This document shows positions 17,710-20,000 of a stretch of 20,000 nucleotides of DNA, piece after piece. Origin of the DNA: an uncultured virus (IMG/VR IMGVR_UViG_3300024239_000112). Its lineage: Duplodnaviria; Heunggongvirae; Uroviricota; Caudoviricetes. The stretch lies in IMG/VR virus record IMGVR_UViG_3300024239_000112. One strand, written 5' to 3'. The position numbers and the translations under genes were made by a program. A model generated the notes under the pieces. That model had not been told where the DNA came from and ran no database searches. It worked only from the letters and a program-made list of their open reading frames with translations. Position 1 is the first letter of the stretch. The number at the start of each line of letters is the position of its first letter.

Positions 17710-17735
17710 GACCTGTATTTACAGTTCTACAGGTC
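17704..17735 (-). promoter_or_regulatory. Second full copy of the intergenic motif (minus strand CTGTAAATACAGGTCTGATAC), overlapping a GACCTGTA/TACAGGTC inverted repeat
   Basis: CTGTA-TT-TACAG at 17713-17724; GACCTGTA at 17710-17717 pairs with TACAGGTC at 17728-17735. Confidence 0.6.
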
Positions 17736-17742
17736 GCAGTAA

Positions 17743-18777
17743 CTACGGTTTCTGCACGTAGGTGATGCAGATGACGCAGTCGTGGGAGGTGCCTTCGATC
17801 ACTACCTGGCCCTTCTCCGCCACGAGGGTGAGCTGGGTCTTGTAGTCCTGGTTCTCGCCGTCCGCGCTGTTGGTCGGAGATTGCGCCATCAGGTTGGGCA
17901 GCTTGATGGTGAAGATGCCTTCGGTGGTTTCCAGCTGCATCTCGGCGCTGAGGCGCTTGTTCTGCATGTGGGCGTCGAGCACGGTCTGGTCGTAGAAGTA
18001 GATCTCGCCAGACAGGGTGACGCCCACACGGCCGAAGCCTACGCCGGCAGCGAACTGGCTGCCCAGGCCCGGCTGCTCACGGGCGTTGTTCTGCACCTGC
18101 AGGGACGCATCGGAGAACGTCATCGGCAGGGCCACGCCGTTCTCGTCCTTGATCACCAGGCTCTTCAGGTTGTTCGAGGAGTCGGCGATCTCGTAGTCGG
18201 CCGGAGCCAGTTTGGCGCGGGCGATACTGCCGCCCAGGCCGTTGGCCCCTGCCACGGCGTTCGCGTAGTCGGCGAACATGGAGATGGTGTTCAGGGCTAC
18301 GGTGATCAGCTCACCATCACCGAACTCCATCGACATATCGTTGACCAGAGTGCCGTAGTAGCGCTCGTGGAACAGCTTGTCGGTCGGCGCCGGGCCTGCC
18401 TTGGAGGTCTTCTCGACCGCCATGAACTTCTTGACCTCGCCGTCGAGCAGGTAGGTGCCCTTGGTGGGGTCCAAGTCGTCTACCAGCGCCCAGTCGTTCA
18501 TCAGGGTCATGGACAGCATGTCCAGAACGAACGGAGCTGCCCCGAACTCGATGGTGGCCGCGCCGGACGCGCTGCCCTTGGTGTTCTTGGAGCCGGTCGG
18601 GCGGCGGTCGTTGGTGATGGCAGTGGAGGTCTTCGGCTCCTTGCTCATTTGGAACCCTTCCGTGGTGTACGGAAGGAACTGGAAGTCGACCGCGGCGAAG
18701 TCCGCAGCGGCGGTGCCGTCGCCGATGGCATAGGCCAGCGACACGGAAGATGTATCAGCAAAGCTGCGAACAGTCAT
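17743..18777 (-). CDS. Major tail (tube) protein (344 aa)
   Basis: Position between the tail terminator and the chaperones; beta-rich; strongly GC3-biased codons; GAGGT SD; followed by a hairpin. Confidence 0.85.
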   Translation of the reverse strand: MTVRSFADTSSVSLAYAIGDGTAAADFAAVDFQFLPYTTEGFQMSKEPKTSTAITNDRRPTGSKNTKGSASGAATIEFGAAPFVLDMLSMTLMNDWALVDDLDPTKGTYLLDGEVKKFMAVEKTSKAGPAPTDKLFHERYYGTLVNDMSMEFGDGELITVALNTISMFADYANAVAGANGLGGSIARAKLAPADYEIADSSNNLKSLVIKDENGVALPMTFSDASLQVQNNAREQPGLGSQFAAGVGFGRVGVTLSGEIYFYDQTVLDAHMQNKRLSAEMQLETTEGIFTIKLPNLMAQSPTNSADGENQDYKTQLTLVAEKGQVVIEGTSHDCVICITYVQKP

Positions 18778-18788
18778 GCAGGGTTACC

Positions 18789-19226
18789 TCATTGTTGGAT
18801 TTCAAAGTCGCAATTCATCACGCCAGAGTAGGCCGTGAACCCCTGGATCTTCGCCGGCCTGACGGGCAGGAAAGACCTGAACCGGATACCGTGGATTGTC
18901 TGGTTCTCGAACCAGCGGGCCACGGTCTCCAGGGATGCTAGGGACGGCACAGCGTTGCTGGCCGCTTTGGTGCATAGAGTGATCGAGAGGGATCCACTGC
19001 AGCGCTTCGGGGAGTTCATCCCTGGGCCTGCACGACCTACGTCCTCCACCTCGATCTCGAACAGCCAGAAGTCTTCGTTCTGCTCGAACAGCTCGCCGGC
19101 CTGCATGTCGCCTACGTCGATCGCGTCTACGATGTCGAAGGCGAACCGCATGTCAGGCTCTGCGCGGTAGAAGACGTGGTCGCGCATGCGGATGTGCAGG
19201 TCGACCATGCTGGTCAGCATCGTCAT
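18789..19226 (-). CDS. Putative tail terminator (145 aa)
   Basis: Size and position just upstream of the tube gene; RCSGSLSITLCT and LETVARWFENQT fit tail-terminator patterns. Mainly a synteny call. Confidence 0.6.
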   Translation of the reverse strand: MTMLTSMVDLHIRMRDHVFYRAEPDMRFAFDIVDAIDVGDMQAGELFEQNEDFWLFEIEVEDVGRAGPGMNSPKRCSGSLSITLCTKAASNAVPSLASLETVARWFENQTIHGIRFRSFLPVRPAKIQGFTAYSGVMNCDFEIQQ

Positions 19227-19786
19227 CTGGTCTTCCTCGCGTTGCCGGCGAGGATGTTTCGCTGGAAGGCCAGACTGACCGCCTCCACTGCAGACTCCCC
19301 TGCCTCCTGAATGTTTGCGCGTTCCTGGTACAGGTCGAGATCCTCGATCTCGTTGTCCTCGGACTGCATGCCGGCCGCCAGCGGGTGGTAGAAGTAGAAC
19401 CTGGCCTCCGGGTTGCGCCCTTGGACCAGGCGCTGGATAACGTCCTTCAGCTCACGTTCGCGCACGAACCTTACGGTCGCTGCGAAGTTCTTACCATTGT
19501 CCCGGCGGTAGCCGACCGGAGCCAGTGGGGCCCTTGGCGGCTCCTCGCCACGAGCCCCACGGGTGCCGCGGAAGTCATTGATCTTGCCGGTCTTCCTCAG
19601 CCACGGACGGCTCTTGTTGCCGTTGTCCGCGGCCACCATCCAGTGGACGGCGGCGTTGGACGAGTCGTGCCGGGTGGCGCGGACTGCAGTCACCAGGCCC
19701 GCTACCAGGGCGGCGCGGATGCTGCGGTTAAACAGGGCTCCGATGTCCAGGACGGTGGCGTCTGCCAGGTCGGCGAACTTGCCCAT
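19223..19786 (-). CDS. Putative neck/tail completion protein (187 aa; start reassigned to ATG 19786)
   Basis: TRHDSSNAAVHW resembles the TPVDTG.....W motif of HK97 gp10-like proteins; ATG overlaps the upstream stop (TGATG) with GAGG upstream. Confidence 0.6.
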   Translation of the reverse strand: MGKFADLADATVLDIGALFNRSIRAALVAGLVTAVRATRHDSSNAAVHWMVAADNGNKSRPWLRKTGKINDFRGTRGARGEEPPRAPLAPVGYRRDNGKNFAATVRFVRERELKDVIQRLVQGRNPEARFYFYHPLAAGMQSEDNEIEDLDLYQERANIQEAGESAVEAVSLAFQRNILAGNARKTR

Positions 19787-20000
19787 CAGTAGCACCTCAG
19801 CAGGTACTGGAGCTCGCCTGGAGGGGCACTGACGTGCTTCACAGTGCGCCGGCGGCCGGCGATCTCTACATCGCAGTTGTTCGCGTCAGGACGGAAGCCG
19901 ATGTGGCGCTGGTCGACGACCAGGTCGACGTACGACTCTGACTCGTCGGTCCACGAGGCGAAGCTGTGGTTCTTCGTGAGTACGCCGGTGACGTTGAACG
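19786..20000 (-). CDS. 3' part of a putative head-closure/head-tail joining protein (not in the ORF track)
   Basis: Open frame from the window edge: FNVTGVLTKNHSFASWTDESESYVDLVVDQRHIGFRPDANNCDVEIAGRRRTVKHVSAPPGELQYLLRCY*, with stop at 19786-19788; beta-rich, and position fits. Confidence 0.6.
   Translation of the reverse strand, partial: FNVTGVLTKNHSFASWTDESESYVDLVVDQRHIGFRPDANNCDVEIAGRRRTVKHVSAPPGELQYLLRCY

Noticed and set aside
19787..19795. ORF-track GTG start at 19795 for the neck gene
   Set aside because: ATG at 19786 overlaps the upstream stop (TGATG) and has a suitably spaced GAGG.
4..20000. Stop-codon reassignment
   Set aside because: All expected tail genes are full length in the standard code, and TGA, TAG and TAA all serve as stops.

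Overview
The window is a continuous, tightly coupled minus-strand tail-morphogenesis operon of a high-GC (about 65% in hand-counted lines) long non-contractile-tailed phage or prophage. In transcription order (right to left): partial head-closure-like gene, neck/tail-completion gene, tail terminator, tail tube protein, a tail-assembly chaperone pair (G/GT-like, candidate -1 frameshift at A-AAG-GGT), a 1836-aa tape measure protein, a lambda-type tail tip set (M, L, K, I, J), two small tip-accessory proteins, a 1200-aa repeat-rich mosaic side tail fibre and a putative fibre-assembly gene. No RNA genes, CRISPR, integrase, transposase or reverse transcriptase are visible. The least explained signal is a CTGTA(A/T)(A/T)TA(CAGG) motif, palindromic at two sites, that occurs in all three intergenic gaps longer than 12 bp (excluding the G/T frameshift gap). 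It suggests a phage-specific late promoter/operator system. All product calls rest on motif recognition and gene order, not database searches.
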